Shown here: positions 14,180 through 35,027 of the stretch, piece after piece
Layout: every line of letters begins with the position of its first letter
Numbering within the stretch: the stretch's first letter is position 1
Source of the DNA: the human T2T-CHM13v2.0 reference genome, Homo sapiens
Assembly (NCBI RefSeq): GCF_009914755.1
Contig: NC_060933.1
Direction: 5' to 3' (one strand)
DNA length: 64,000 nt
Notes under the pieces: generated by a model
What the model saw: only the letters and a program-made list of their open reading frames with translations
Databases searched by the model: none
What the model was told of the DNA's origin: nothing
Translations under genes and position numbers: made by a program

Positions 14180-17100
14180 ATGTCTGTCTGCATGTATCTT
14201 TCCCCTTTTTTCAACTCTTTTGAGGGAATGTCTTAGCTTTCTATAGTAGAACTGTGAGCAAGAAAGTAGAAATGAATACCATATTGACATACTTATGACC
14301 ACTATATATAATACAGATACATTCATTTTTCAATTGAACTTGGCAGTTTTTAAAAATTAGAAAGATAGTGAAGCAGACCTTTTTTTAAAAAAATTTTAAC
14401 ATAGTGCTTGTTTGCAATGCGTGGCTGAATGTAAGCAGGATTATTTATACAGTAAACACATATTGAATGTTTGCTGTAGTGCTAGATATTCTACTCTTAG
14501 GGTGGAAAATATTTTAAAGTTGGTGGATTTTATCTCCAGACTTTTAAAAATATGTTTTTCACTCTTTGTTGGCACTTCTTCCCAGCCACAAGGTTCTGAT
14601 AGAATCTGGTTTCAGTTATTGATGCTTGTTGATTGCTGTTAATTGAATTTTGAACTAATTTATTAAAAAAGTATTAACGTAGCCAGCTTTTGCATTTCTA
14701 TTGCATTATAAATATAGGTAATACAAGTTTATTGTAGGAAAATAAGAATATAAATAAAGTGAAAATAAAATAAAAACCACTCAATTCTGCCACCCAGAGA
14801 TAACCTCTTCAACATTTATGTCACCATCTAGTTTTTTGGTATGCATATAAAAACTTTTCTAAAATTATGGTATCATGCTATATATGCTGCTCTATAATTT
14901 GCATTTCACATAATAAATTATGGATATTTTTCCATATTAATCATTCTACAATACTTTTAATGATTCAACAGAATTCTTTTGTATGCATGTTTTACAGTAC
15001 CCTTTTGTTGTATCTTTTTGTTGATCCCAACCTTTTAATGTTATAAATATCACAGATAAGCATCCTTGTAGCCAAGTCTCTGCTTACACCCTTAATTATT
15101 CACTTACAATAAATTAGAAATGGAATTACTGAGTCAATGTATATCTATTTCAAAAATTTTATTTGATACATATTGTCAAGTTGCCCTTGAGAAGGGTTGT
15201 TAGTTTATACTAATACTCGCATCTCCACTCCAATGCCACCTTCTTTCATTAAATGGTAGGACCTCTGGTTTCTTTGGCCGACTATGAGCCTCCTTGACTT
15301 TACTGGGTAAAACAGCCAGTTCAAAGGCCACTGCACATGGTTAAGGCTTCTTTATCCTCTGGTGTGCTTTATTTTCCTCAAATCCTAGATGGGAGATTAC
15401 CTCCTCATATGCTGTGATATCTTAAACTGGGTTCAGGGCAGAAAGGCAGCATTCCCCAGCCAGTTCTTTTACTAGCATTTAGACTTTTTCTCAGCTGGTA
15501 AGCTAGACAATCAGAATTGATTGTAGGCTGTCTCAGTTACATCTGTGTACAGGTAGTGTTCTCAACTGTTTCACTGTTAGAGAGGGTGTAGCCTTCCATC
15601 ATTTAGGTATATTATGATTAGATTCCTGAATTTCCCAGTTCTCTTTTTTTCACCTTCTTGCATCACATCTGAGCATGATACTTTTGTTAAAATAACTGGT
15701 GAGATTCTGATTATCTAGCTAACAGCTGGATAGCGCTTTCTTGATTCCGCTCTTTATCACTGTATGGTAAACCTACCTAACAGCAGTAGTTTAAGCATAC
15801 TATTAGAATGATCCTGTATGGCAGACTCACCTGAATGTGTCTTCTGAGCTTCACTGGGCTGTGTAGTTACCTTGTCCAGCCCACTGCCACTGGACCTTTT
15901 CTGTATATAAGGCAGTTCTCCTGCTCAGCCTGCCACCACTGGACTCTCTCCCTTGTATGTAATCCCTTAATAAAATACCATGCCTCATTTGGTGGCTCTG
16001 GGTTTCTTCAGCCTCTTGAACCTGGTGCCATCCCCACTGGAGTCGATGGAGGGGTTCAGCATGAAGTCACCTAATTCAAAGGACAGGTCTATGTGTGGGA
16101 TGATGCAAGTGGCATCATTTCTGGTGGCATTATTGGGCATTTTCCAGGAATGTTACATGCTGATTTGATCAATCCCTTTCCTCTGGTTGCAGGAACCCTA
16201 TGATTATTTCATACAATCCCCAACAGTTTAGGCAGCCTAGGGTACAGGCTCTGGAGGCAACCTCCTGGATTTGAAAAGCAGAGGTTCTGGGGACAACCTC
16301 CTGAATTTGAATCATGACTGCCAGTTGATAGCTGTGTGACCTAAAACAAGTTTCTTAACATCTTGAATCTTTCCTTTTTCCAACCATAAAATGTGAAGAC
16401 TCATACTACTTTTTTATCAGATTTGATGATTAAAAAGTTACTCCATATTAGCAGCACAGTGCCTGGCACATAGAAGGTGCTTAATGAAATACTAACTAAA
16501 TTGGCTATAATAATAGTTTGACCCCCTTAAATTATAGATCTATTTGTGGTATTTGCAGGGGCTCTAGATTTTTGTATCTTGATTTTTTGGAATACTACTG
16601 TAGAATTTGACTCAGAAGTCTTCTCCTCCTCTGAGAAGATGCTGGTGGGAAACCCATATGTCAGCATTTCTCTAATTATGACCACATGGATGCTGATGCC
16701 CTCTGATTTGGGGTTATAACCTGTTGATCAGTTCCAGGTTTCCAGATTGTTGATCAGTTCCAGATTTCTAATCTTGAAGTAAAATCTTAGTCCTTTGGAT
16801 GCCTTTAGCCGTTCTGACCTTTTCATGAACCTCTGATCTCTGTTTTATTAGGTAGTACAGTGTAGTCCTTTAAGAGCATAGACTTAGGAATCAAACTGTC
16901 TTAATTTGAATCCTGGCTGTGTGACATATTAGCTTTGATATTCTAGGCAAGCTGCTTAACTTCTCCATGCGTCAGCTTCCTCATTGGAAAATGAGGATAA
17001 TAATAGTAACTTACTTCATAGGATTCTTGAAAGGATTAAATGAATTAATAATATGTATAGAGCTTAAGATAGTACTTGGCACTTAAGAGTACCAAAGTGC

Positions 17101-18234
17101 TCTTTTGCTCAGTCTATTGATTATCCTTTTACTTGATTGATAATGATTATAAACATAACTTTAAGCTGTGCTGCGTTGAAGAGAGTAACTTATATCTTGT
17201 ACATCTTAGATTACTTTGATTCATTCCATAACAGTGGTTGCAGTTGTGCTTGGCTAGGGTGTATATGATGCTTTTTCTTGTTGGTGTAGCAGTTGCCTTA
17301 GTCTAAATCCATAGTCACATCATTGTATTTTTTTGTTGTTGTTATGAGGGCCTGGTAATTGTGCTACATCACCAAAAGACATTTGCTGAGATTGCCTGTG
17401 CAGACTTCCTATGGAGACTTATCTCATATATTTTACTATGATCTAGCAGAATTGGCATTTGTCAAAGCATGTCTTCAGACCTGTGTCACCTAGAACTTTT
17501 AGTTGTCACCACATGAATCTTATAAAATATAATTTTCTAGATAAGCTTCAGATAATTTATATTGCCTTTATTCATCTCTGTTTATCTATTTATCCATCAG
17601 TGTTTGTAAGGTAACGGGAGGCTTGAGATCTGATATAAAAATCTGAGACCTTCGTAGGCATCCTTTAAGGTTGATAGAATCCCATGGGGCAGATGAAAGT
17701 TGTCTTTGCCCTTCTTTACCCATAAGGCTTTGATTAGAAAAAAAAATGAAATGACTATATGTAACATGGGCTCATTCTATAAGTACATTTTTGGAATTTG
17801 TTTTATCAGTACATTGTGTATATGTTTTAGGACAGAGGTTATAGGTAGAGAAACTGATAAGTGAGAGGGCTCCTAGGTAGAAAGCAAGTCAGATTAGATA
17901 AATTCATAGCAGGCTATGCAGCTGGAGTGTAACAAGGGAGAGGAAGTCTGGGGAGATGAAGCAGGTGAGGTAGGCAGTGGACAGATCATTTGAGATCTTA
18001 TAGGTCATGTTAAAGATTTTCAGTTTTATCCAAGGTACAATGGGAAGCTATTGAAGAATACTGATCAGGAAGAGTGATGCTATCATTACCCTAGCTGAAG
18101 TATATAGAGAACTGATTACTGGGGAGAAAGATTGTTACCAGAGTCTGATTAAGAAAAATTTTGCTACAGTGAAGGTTGAGATATAGGTTGAGATATGATA
18201 GTAACTTTTACTAAGATAGTAGTAATAATTCTAA

Positions 18235-19474
18235 TGTCACAGGATACTTTGGATGTTTCTTAACCAGCTAGAAACCTCTGTAGCTGGCAGTGTCTCTCCT
18301 TGAGTTTCACTCATGCCGGCTGGGCTTGTTCTGCCCACTTGGCCTGGCAGGCTGTGCTTAGCTCATGCTGCTGGCCTGGATCCCACACCTGCCGAGGGCG
18401 AGCCAGGCATGGAGCAGTGAGGGGTGTGTGAGCGAGCGAGTGAGTTTGGGGTCCGGCCACTGTGCACAGCCTAGCATGCTGGCTGCTGTGGCCATACGGG
18501 CAGCTCCGGGCACTGGCACAGTCACTGGCTCCATGCGAGGCTGCAGCTGGACCAAGCATACTGCAAGTGGCTTCCTCTGTGGGTGCCTGCGTCTGGATGA
18601 AGTGAACACAGTGGTGCCTGAAAACTCAGAGATGCCAGTAACTGCAGAGCCCCAAGGGGTCGGGGGCAGGGGTGCTACACCTCTCTTGTTCCTGCCACCT
18701 GCAGCTTGGCCAGTGGGAGTGGCAGGGCATGTTTCAGCCTGTTCAGTCCTGCCACCTTGCTTGGGCCCGTGGCTCCCAGGCTGGCCCAATCCCGTTGTCA
18801 CTTGCTGTCATGTGGGGCAGCCGCCTGATGCTGGTGGAAGTTGGGAGGGCTATAGTGTTACAGCTCTGGCTCAGGGAATCCCGAGGTCTAGGCCCTTAGA
18901 AGTGTTGCTACTCTTCACTCCTGCAGTTCATGTCACTGTCTGCAGCTTGGTGAGCTGGCCAGGAACATGTTACAGCCCCTTTTGCTCCTGTCTGCAGCTT
19001 GGCAAGTGGGCCAGGAAAGTGTTACAGCCCTTTCTGCGCCTGCCTTTTGGCGGTTCCTGAGTTCTTGTCCTGCGTCCAGGAAGAATGAGGTTGCATGGAC
19101 AACTGGATGGTGAGCAAGGCAGTGGAGAGTTTTACTGAGTGACAGAACAGCTCTCAGTGGAGAGGAGTCCTGAAATGGGTAGTCCTGATAGATGGCTGAG
19201 TCCAGGGTTTTTATGGGCTCAAAGTGGGGAAGTGCATGCTGATTGGTCCATGGGCAGGAGGAAGTATGTGCTGATTGGTCCATGGGTGGGCGTGGAAAAA
19301 GCACCATTTGTTTGACTGAAAGGCATAAAGGAAATTCTTATTCAGGGTTGTGGATTCCATCAGGAACTGGCAGCCCAGTTTTCAGGCTTCAGACTGTCTT
19401 TGGCCTGAAGGTCAGGTTTCACCAGGGACCCACCCCTATCTGCCTAGGACTACGTCTGCCTCCTGCTGCTATCA
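18235..19474 (-). mobile_element. MER52-family (MER52C-like) ERV1 solo LTR inserted in an L2-like remnant
   Basis: TG...CA termini; minus-strand start TGATAGCAGCAGGAGGCAGAC; GC-rich ~1.24 kb; degenerate 4-bp TSD ctaa/ctag. Confidence 0.8.
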
Positions 19475-20967
19475 CTAGAACCATTAAGGGGTAAAATCTA
19501 TAGAACTTTGTGACTTCACGTAGAGCACAAATTAGAGGAGAGGAGATAGTGATGATGGCCTAGCTTTCTGTCTTCGCTCTTGATTAAATTTGGAGGTCCT
19601 GGAGGGATAGACTGGGGTAGAAAACTCATTGAATTATGATATATTTTAGATCTTTTCTGCTCTCTTTCTCTGCCCTGGCATATTGCCTACCATATCTAGA
19701 AAACACTTTTTAAAAACTGCTGGATTTGATGCCTGTTCAGCCAGACTCCCCTTGTATACCTCCTAGATTAGGCACATACTATCCTTATATACACCTTTTA
19801 CTTGACTCCTACCACCATAGAGAAAATTTTAGCTTTATGTCACATATGCAAGCTAGGGTCAAGTTTCAGAACTCAGCACATGTAATCCTGTTTCTTTAGT
19901 TTTCATATGTTTTGGTGCTGTGGTGGTAGTTTTGTCTTAAATATTCTGATTCCTTGTAACTTGTTTTCCAGTTCTACTGAGCACCAAGTTCCTTAGTGCT
20001 TTTTATCTTTATGCCATTTCCACTTAGTTCCAGCCAGTCCCCATTCTTGTGAGGGTCAGAAAGGTTGAAGCCTTGGCCCTCTCCCTGATAAACTTACTAT
20101 TTTAGAATGCTAAATATGAGCCTTGGATTACAGTCTTTTTCATTTGCTCATCCTCTCTACAGCAGTTGCAGATTAAAGGGCAAGTGGATCAGAGCTTCTG
20201 GAGCCTTTGTCTCAGTAGTCTGCCCTTGGGGAACTTTGCGAATATTTCCTTCCTCCTTTAAGCTTAGAAAAGCTTAGCAGAGAGGCAGCATTTTATCTGT
20301 ATTAGCTAACAAGGTCACATTGGTTGCTATGACTTTCTCTTTATGATCTGAATGGTTGCTTTTTCTGCAGCCAGGTTTACTAATGTATTCGGTAGCTTTG
20401 AAAATATAGATGATCTTAAATGCTGGGGTTCCAGAGTCCTCTACAGCTGGCTTGTCCATTCTGATAGCATCTCAGTGGTGTATTGTAGCCAAGGCTCTGA
20501 AGCCCTCCTCATCTAAAGATTGCAGTGCGTCCTCTGAAAATAATCTAGGCCTTTAGTCTTTGCAGTTTTGGCATTAGGGTAAAGCAACTTTTCTCAGAAT
20601 GTGGACCCTTTATCTAGGTGTGTATTACAGACTCTCATGCTGTACTGGAACTCCTTGTTAAATTCAAGAGCTGTAGAGTGCTCTCTCTTCAAAGAATGAG
20701 ACTGTGTTTCTCAGAAATACTATATCAGCCTTTAAAGACCTTTCTTTCTCATCCACTTTCTGGGGAAGTACAGTATTTTTACAGCCTTAGGCAATTCATA
20801 TAGGATATCATTCCCCTAAAGGCTTTAACACAGATTGTAGAGTTTCTTTCCAGAAGTATGGCTATTAATACATCTTAGGCCAATACAGTTGAAAAGGGTC
20901 TTTCATCTGTGGTAATAGAATTTTGAATGAATTTAAGAGGAATGGTAAAGATAAGATTAACTGTAAT

Positions 20968-21335
<368 letters not shown>

Positions 21336-21891
21336 TTATTCTGATGATTCTTTGAATTTGTCTAACCTGTATGTCAGTTGTCCTTAGGTGCAGTCTTGTT
21401 TTTGTTAGCTGCCAACTTTGACGTGGACATTTGCACTTTCTGTGATCCCAAGAAGTCTTCTCTAACCCAAAACATGAGTGAACGGTGTAAATTTCACAGG
21501 AGAGAGGAGTGTATTTGTTTCTTCTGTTATGGTATTGGACCCCGAAGTGGTGTTACTTATGTACCAATTTCTTTTGAGAGTTGGTAATTTTAAAATGTCT
21601 TTCACCTTCTAGAGTTAATATTTATGTAAATAAAAACTGAGAAATGAGTGAAATTCTGGTAAAGGAAGTTGGTTGTAACATTTTAACTTATATCCACATA
21701 TAGCTATTATAATTCAAGAATCTGGCATAACATAAGCACATAAAGAAATTCTGGTCTTCCAAGAAAAAAGTTCAGAAAGCTTTTAGGTCGTTTATTTTTA
21801 ATTGCAAATTAATAAGATTAATAGAGGATCTCTGCCCTATTTCCACTCTTAGAAATATATGGTCTGTTTGGATGACATAGACCTCTTAAGT

Positions 21892-22284
<393 letters not shown>

Positions 22285-22389
22285 TAAAGGAGCAGAGGTT
22301 TTAACTTGAAGATCTGATTCAAAATTAGAGCATTTAGATGTCTTTGACTATACTCATTAAAAAACAGGAACATTAAAAAGGTAGGCTTT

Positions 22390-22628
22390 AGCTGGGAGCA
22401 GGGATCATGCCTGTAATCCCAACACTTTGGGAAGCTGAGGTGGGAGGATTGCTGGAGCCCAGAAGTTCGAGACCAGCCTGGGCAACATAGTGAGACCTCA
22501 TCTCTACAAAAAATCAAATAATGAGGCAGGTGGATATGGCTTGAGCCCAAGAGGTTGAGGCTGCAGTGAGCTACGATTGTGTCACTGCACTCCCACCTGT
22601 GTGACAGAGCCTCAAAAAAAAAAAAAAG
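22390..22628 (+). mobile_element. Alu (AluJ-type, internally deleted)
   Basis: Left monomer plus partial right monomer and A tail. Confidence 0.85.
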
Positions 22629-22870
22629 GCTTCTCATTAAAATCTTGGGAGCTCAGGTCTTATCTAGTTGGGGCAATAAGTTACAGCTATCTCCAGATTT
22701 TTGCTATGTAATTTCTGAAATGCAAAGCTTGCTACTAAACTTAGACCAAAAAAATATGTAAATGGGAAGCTATTTTATGCTAAGGAGATTTTATTTTTTG
22801 CTCTGAACTGTATCTGCCTTTTTTTTGGTACCAATGTTTTATAATTTTTTTTGGTGGAAAGTTTTTTTAA

Positions 22871-23821
<951 letters not shown>

Positions 23822-24089
23822 TTATCTCCCTTCAGACTGTTTCCTGGGCTCCTTATCTATAACCCTTTGTCGATATCTGATTATATTTTTTAGGAAAACC
23901 TTTATTCCACAAAGTCTTATAGGCTTTATTAAAATATTTAAGCTCATAGGTGCTTACAGAAAAAAGTCCTATGCTTCTGAGAAAATTACAAAGTATTAAA
24001 GTACTTGCATTTGATTTTTTTCTGAGACTATAAATAACCTTGTTTGGTTTTTGCTGTTGCTACCAATGAGGAGTTACTGCAACTAGACT

Positions 24090-24285
24090 TGTGCTGTCCA
24101 ATATGATAGCATTGGTTACATTTGACTATATAAACTTAATTAAAGTTGGAAAAATTAAATTTAGTTCCTCAGTTCTAGTCACATTTCAAGACTTCTTTAA
24201 CTGTGTGTGGCTAGTGGCTACCATATTGGGCAGCACATTTATAGAACATTTCCATCACAGTGGAAAATTTTATTGGATAGCACCG
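24090..24285. mobile_element. MER3-like hAT-Charlie element
   Basis: tgtgctgtccaatatg ... tggctagtggctaccatattgg ... atagaacatttccatcac. Confidence 0.75.
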
Positions 24286-24890
24286 AACCAGAGAGAAAAT
24301 TAACCAAATGTTTTATTTAAATAGGAAGCATTATCAAAGTCTGAGCTATCTGCTACTAAAATTGCTTTATTTATTATAGTTCTACAGCATCTGTAAATAT
24401 TGGAATGAATGTTGTCATTCTAAATGCACATGTATTATCTAGTTTCATATCTCTAAAATAGGTTTATTTTTGTAAATAAATAAAATGTTGATGAATTTGT
24501 GTCTCCTCACTTTTATTCCTCGGTTCCTGATGTTGTATTCCGTTTCCATTTGTTTTTACAGCATTTAAAGATTTTGCTCTATTCCATTGTCATGGCTGAT
24601 GACCTAAAATAATTCTATTGATATTAAGTTAAACTGATCATTTTCAATCTGAAAAGTATCATGGTGATTAAGTTGCATATTAGGAATAAGAGGGCTTAAT
24701 ACAGTACAAATATATACCCCATCTTTTCTAATTATAAGCCTTTGGAAGTTTTGAAGAATGAGAAATTTTACATTGCTCCTATTTGTTATACAATATACTC
24801 TTACATAAAGTTTGTTTAGAGAATGCTTGTTAATGAGTTTTGTAACTCTTCCATTGAAATATAGTATTTTAATGCTTTTCTTAATTCTAG

Positions 24891-24989
<99 letters not shown>

Positions 24990-25343
24990 TGATTGTTTTA
25001 TGAAAAATTTTGTGTAAATATGTCACAATGAGCCAAATCTGAAGTACAAATATACTCTATGAATTTTGGGTTATAAACTAATGGAGGTGAGAGCAGAGCT
25101 TTAAAATAGCAGATAAAGTAAAAATGTTTTCATTGCAATTCCTGTTTTGTCCATGGAAAAATCCAAATAGTAAGGGAAAAGGAAAACTCTGGAATAGTAG
25201 TTGTTAGAAAATACCAGAGTGCTCACTTTAGTCCTTTTCCATTTGACATTTTTTCTAATATAAATTAAGAGCAATTTGTAGTTTTTCAAAAGTGCTGGCA
25301 AGTAAAACGTTTCTTTTACAATAAACAATAGAAGAAAAATTTT

Positions 25344-25651
<308 letters not shown>

Positions 25652-25827
25652 TTATTGGTAAGGGGTCTACTTGTAGAAGTAGATGAAAGTAACATAAAAA
25701 TAAAAGGTAAAGTGCCCATTGAGAAGGGAGAGGAATACTTAAGAAAATAGTTCCAGGTTTGGGGAGATAATCTATATTGTAAGTAGTGACATATTGATTG
25801 TGGAAGAGAGAACTCAAGATAATCTGG

Positions 25828-27362
<1,535 letters not shown>

Positions 27363-28817
27363 TTATTTTAGCTATCTTGAACTATTTTATTGGAAAATTG
27401 GTGAATCAGCTTTCTTTAGATAAGCATAAAACTCATGGCTATAAAGCTCTTGATCTGTGGACAAGCGAATCATCACATTTGGTATCTGGAAAGAGAGATC
27501 TTATGTAGAGCTAGCTCAAACCATTCTTCTGATTGATAAATTATTAGAATTCTACCTTAACGTTAGAAAAAAAAAGTAGTGGGGGAATTAAACTACAACC
27601 TCGTTGCTGAAGATGGGAGCTTAGTAGTAGGCAAAAGGCAACAAGATGCCATCTGGTGATTGAGAGGAAAATAGTCTGTTTCTTTTTTATGAATGAATAG
27701 ACTGAGGTCTAGGAATTTAAGTGCCTTGTATAAGGTCATGCTGTTACTGAGTGGCTAATGTGGGATTTGAGTTAGGTTTTTTCCCTTCCTGACTGCACAT
27801 TCCACTTCTATAGTTGTTCTTACTACTGTAAATAGACTAGTAAAATAATTACCACCACCTTTGATGAGGTGCCTGTGAGGTATCTAGTTTTTATAAACAT
27901 TATAAGCAAAAGTTTGGACATATAATATTACAGTAGATTGTATATATTAGTTCTCTTAGTCAGTGCCAGTTCGCTTCTCTTAATTGAATGATTCATCCAA
28001 GTTGAAAAATGTCTTAAGAGAATTTCTTCTATCTCATAATTGTTGCAAGTGTGGATATTGCTTATCTAGGGATTTTACAAATAATTCAAGTTATTTTTTG
28101 TTGAAATAGCAGCAAATATAGCAATGGGGAACTCAAGAGACTTGAAATGCATTATTGACCATGTTACTAGTAACTAATTGTATGGCTTTGGGCAAGTAAC
28201 TTATCTGTATTTTAGTTAATAAAATACAGGATTTGACTACAAATTCTAGTCATTAGATGATTTAATATTTGATAAATATCTTAGGATCCAATAAATAATT
28301 GCTTAGTCTTTTAATTTCTGTTTATCTTACACAAATGCAGTGTTTTAGAGACCCTGAAAGATTTTAAAATTTAGACAAAATCCGCCTCATTTCTGTATGT
28401 GCAAAGTGTTCCTCGGAATTACTGAATTAAAATCTCTGGAATATTTTATAAGAATACCTCACCAGTGATTCTGATACGCACCAGAGGTTAAGAACCACTG
28501 GCTTAGAGTCTGCCTGAGAGACTGAAGGTCTGGACGAAGTTGGGAACGTTAAAACAACCTTTCATGTTGTCCTGTGGAAACAGTAAAGTGAAGAGAGTAT
28601 GGGCTAGTCCATAAAAGACAACTTAACTGATAGTATAGCTGAAACAGTATTGTTAGCATTAGCGGGCAGTTTGTTGCATTTATCTCTTTTTAAAGCCTTA
28701 AGTCAAATATTAGAATTATGTTATTTTTATATTAGGCCAACATAGTTTGTAATATAAATTTATTCTCTCTTTTGGGCATACCTTTTAGGTTTTAAATGTT
28801 TGATAGCGCTTCAGTAA

Positions 28818-28994
<177 letters not shown>

Positions 28995-29156
28995 TGAAAT
29001 ATGGATAATTTTAGTCTATTTAATCCTTGATTTATGATAAGCAAAAATTAATGAATTTCTAAGTATAACTATACCCTTACCTCGTAGAAGAATGGTTTTT
29101 TGTTTTGGCCATAAGTATTCTAAAATTGTTGTTAAAAAAACAATTTATTCTCTTAA

Positions 29157-31250
<2,094 letters not shown>

Positions 31251-32348
31251 TATAGATATCTTTGAGCACCTAAAAGCTGTGGAAAAACACATATGTTGTC
31301 TTTCTATCTTACATACACACCATAAAAGCACAATTTCCAAGGATCAGATACTGTATCTTCGAAGTGTGTCCATACTACCCAGGTTGAGGTTTGTTGTTCA
31401 TATTTGGGGGTGGGGGATGTATTACTTAAATAATTCAAGGATAATTCGTTTATTCATAAAGTTTCCATACATTTCAATAAATACTAATAAGAAATGAATT
31501 CATTTAAAAAACAAAACACTGTAGAAGAAAGGACAACTCAGCATCACCTGAAGATCCAACTGAAAACTCATCCTGTGCAGAATTCTGTTCTGTTTTGGAC
31601 CCAGACCCTTCTTCACAGCACCACTTTGGAATGGCCTTTAAGCATCCAGTTGCTTAATCTCCAACCTTCCCTTTTCCCTCCCTGTACTTTTTCTTTACCA
31701 GAGCAGCTCTAATTGTCTTCATCTACCACTAGCCAACATTTCTGTCACCCTAGCTCATACTGCATATTAAACCTGCCACCAAAGTGGCCATGGGTCATGT
31801 CTTTTCTCTTGCCTTTCCTTCTTCCCATCAAGTACCAAAAAGTCTTTTGCATATTGAGTGTGCATTATGCATCTTGATCAACCCCCTAGCCATCCCTGGC
31901 ATGAGTGATGTTCCAGTGCAACTGGTAATATTTTCCCTTTTCAGTTACCTCTCAGTTCCTAGTGCCTCATTGATATCTGTTGTTTGTCGGGACCTTCTTT
32001 CTGCTTGAATATATGTGGACAGTTTGTTCTTCTGGCATTGTTAGAGGGGAGCTAGGAGCAGCCAATAGAAACATTTTTAAAACTTGCAGTTTGTTAGATA
32101 AAATTGAATTGCGAGCATTCATCTTTAGAGCAGGAACCTTGCCATTTAGGTTTAGAAAAATACTTCCTACTTGTCCCATATTCTTTATGTATCTTGAATT
32201 GCTAGTTTTTAATTAATGACAGTGGACTAAGCTTCGCTTAGGTCCCTTTTTGTTTTAAATGATGAGTGTATCTTTACCTGTATGCAGTGAAGCTGTTTTC
32301 GATAAATTATGGCAAGAGGTACAAAGTATTAAGATAATTAAAATTTGT

Positions 32349-32373
32349 TATATATATATAAAAAAAATAACAC

Positions 32374-32404
<31 letters not shown>
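32349..32404. repeat. (TA)n tracts upstream of exon 5
   Basis: Two TA runs. Confidence 0.85.
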
Positions 32405-32405
<1 letters not shown>

Positions 32406-32562
32406 ACTTGATTATCTTGCTACAATAGCTCACTGAAATGTTTTTCCTCTATTATTGCTATTAAAATTATTTGTAAGTTCATTATAACAATATATATTTA
32501 AGATTCTAATGGCAATAGGAAACTTCATTTTAATGACTTAGTTTTTTTTTTTTTTTCCCTAG

Positions 32563-32757
<195 letters not shown>

Positions 32758-32768
32758 TTTCTAATACT

Positions 32769-32774
32769 AATAAA
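32769..32774 (+). terminator. Intronic polyadenylation signal AATAAA
   Basis: Begins 12 nt after the read-through stop; GT/T-rich sequence downstream. Confidence 0.6.
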
Positions 32775-33620
32775 GCCTTGGGGTTTCTTGATAAGTAAAA
32801 TGCTGGCTGTTCATTTATTCCAAAGCAAACACTTAGAAGTGTGTGTCTTTAGGGTCATCAACAAATATGTTTAAAAAGTGTTTCTGTGTTTCTGTCTATG
32901 AGCTGCTTGGGAAAGCATCATCACTTTATGCACATGAGCACTGTAATTGTGTAACTTCTTATTGCAGATAAATGCCCCCACTGCTTAATTTAAGTAACTG
33001 AATGTTTTATTACAACATGGAAATGTAGATCCTTACTTAAGGGATATGTTTAGTATAAAAATGTAAAAAGTAGAGCAAGAAGCCTGCTAATGTTTTAACT
33101 TAGATCCTGGTGTTTAAGTGATTGTAAATTGTAAATTGTAATTTTTTTTTTAAGTAGGGTCATTTTAAATGATTACCATTTTGTCAAATCAAAACTCAGA
33201 AATGTAGAATATATTTTAAAATGATGTGAAAAGATTTGGAAATTAAGCTATATAATTAGCAAAAATTACTGTGTAGTTATCAAGATAAAATTTGAGTTTG
33301 ATGTTATTTACTTCACCTTTGTGGAGTATGTAGTGAGCTGCATTGTGTTAGAAAGGTAGCTTTATAACTGATTTATGCCTAGTGATTGTTTTCATTTTAT
33401 GATTTTCTGTGAACTTGAAGGTAGAAAAAACTTCCTTGAGAAGGTAACATTTGCCACCTTACATCTTTGGATATTAAAATTGAACTTTAATTGATTTCTT
33501 CTTTTAAACACATGAATCAAAACAAAAGTTCTTTTGCTGTAAGCCAATGCATGAATTAATTCTTTAAATTTGGAGGTGAGTTGTAAAGAAGCTTACTAAT
33601 GCACATAGGTGGACTTATTA

Positions 33621-33985
<365 letters not shown>

Positions 33986-34693
33986 GCACTATATCACTTA
34001 TTTAGAGGGCATTCATGTGATAACCTTAAGTGTCTGGAACATAGCTAAGAAACATGCAGAAAGCAAAAGATGTCTTAGTCATCAAAATCAACATCATAGA
34101 GTTCATGGACAAGAGTTAATGTCCTCTATTCAAGATCATTTCTCAGAATCTGTTGACTGTTGTACTTGATACTGCTACTATTTTCAGTATTTTTCTTTCT
34201 GTTTTCTACTTGTTAACAAATTCCCCTTTTAGTGGAGTAGGGCAGTTGTTAATGACAGGCATAGTCATAGTAGCAAGAATTACCAACTGACAGCCTAAGA
34301 GTGAGGAAGAAGACAGGAAAACTATAGAATGTGGACACTAATACTCAAAAATGCCTTGAATCCAGTTGATTTAAGGAGAGACTGATACTTGGAAAAACTA
34401 TGATAAAAGTTTATTTCTCCCACGTTTCTCTTTCTATTGACATTTTTAGAGTTCTTCTGTCTTCTTTCTCCCAAATGCTACCCTTTTCTGTTTCACTGTC
34501 CTTTATTCTTTCCAGCTTTGTTTCTGTTATAATTTGTTCCTGACAGATTATAAATTAGAAAGGTTCTGATAAAATAAGTCACATTGTGGTTTAATATGCC
34601 ACTTCGCTTATTCTTACTATTTGGGTCTTGTCTTGCAGCAGTTTATAGTACTGTTTAGTAGCTTAAACCATTTGGAGATGTGGTGAAATGAAT

Positions 34694-35027
34694 TACAACC
34701 ATGTGTCGCTTAACGAGGATGTCTTCTAAGAAATGTATCGTTAGGCAGTTTCATCATTGTGGGAACATTAGAGTGTAATGGCACAAACCTAGACAGTATA
34801 GCCTACTACATACCTCAGTTGTATTGTATAGTCTGTTGCTTCTATGCTGCAAACCTGTGTAGCATGTTACTGTACTGAATCCTGTAGGCAATTGCAATAC
34901 AGTGGTATTTGTGTATCTCAACATAGAAAGGGTATAGTAAAAATACAGTATTATAATTTTATGGGAGCACCATTGTATATGCAGTCCATTATTGACTGAA
35001 ACGTAGTTATGTGGCACATTACTGTAT
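34694..35027. mobile_element. Tigger3a-like Tc/mariner element
   Basis: TA-flanked; gcatgttactgtactgaat core; inverted termini. Confidence 0.8.

Noticed and set aside
18311-19494. ORFs up to 231 aa
   Set aside because: Almost entirely within the GC-rich MER52 LTR; no recognisable protein
20150-20900. Non-repeat-looking stretch considered as a processed pseudogene or Gypsy remnant (ORF 20274-20459)
   Set aside because: No convincing protein motif, poly(A) tail or TSD; a BLASTX/Dfam search would be needed
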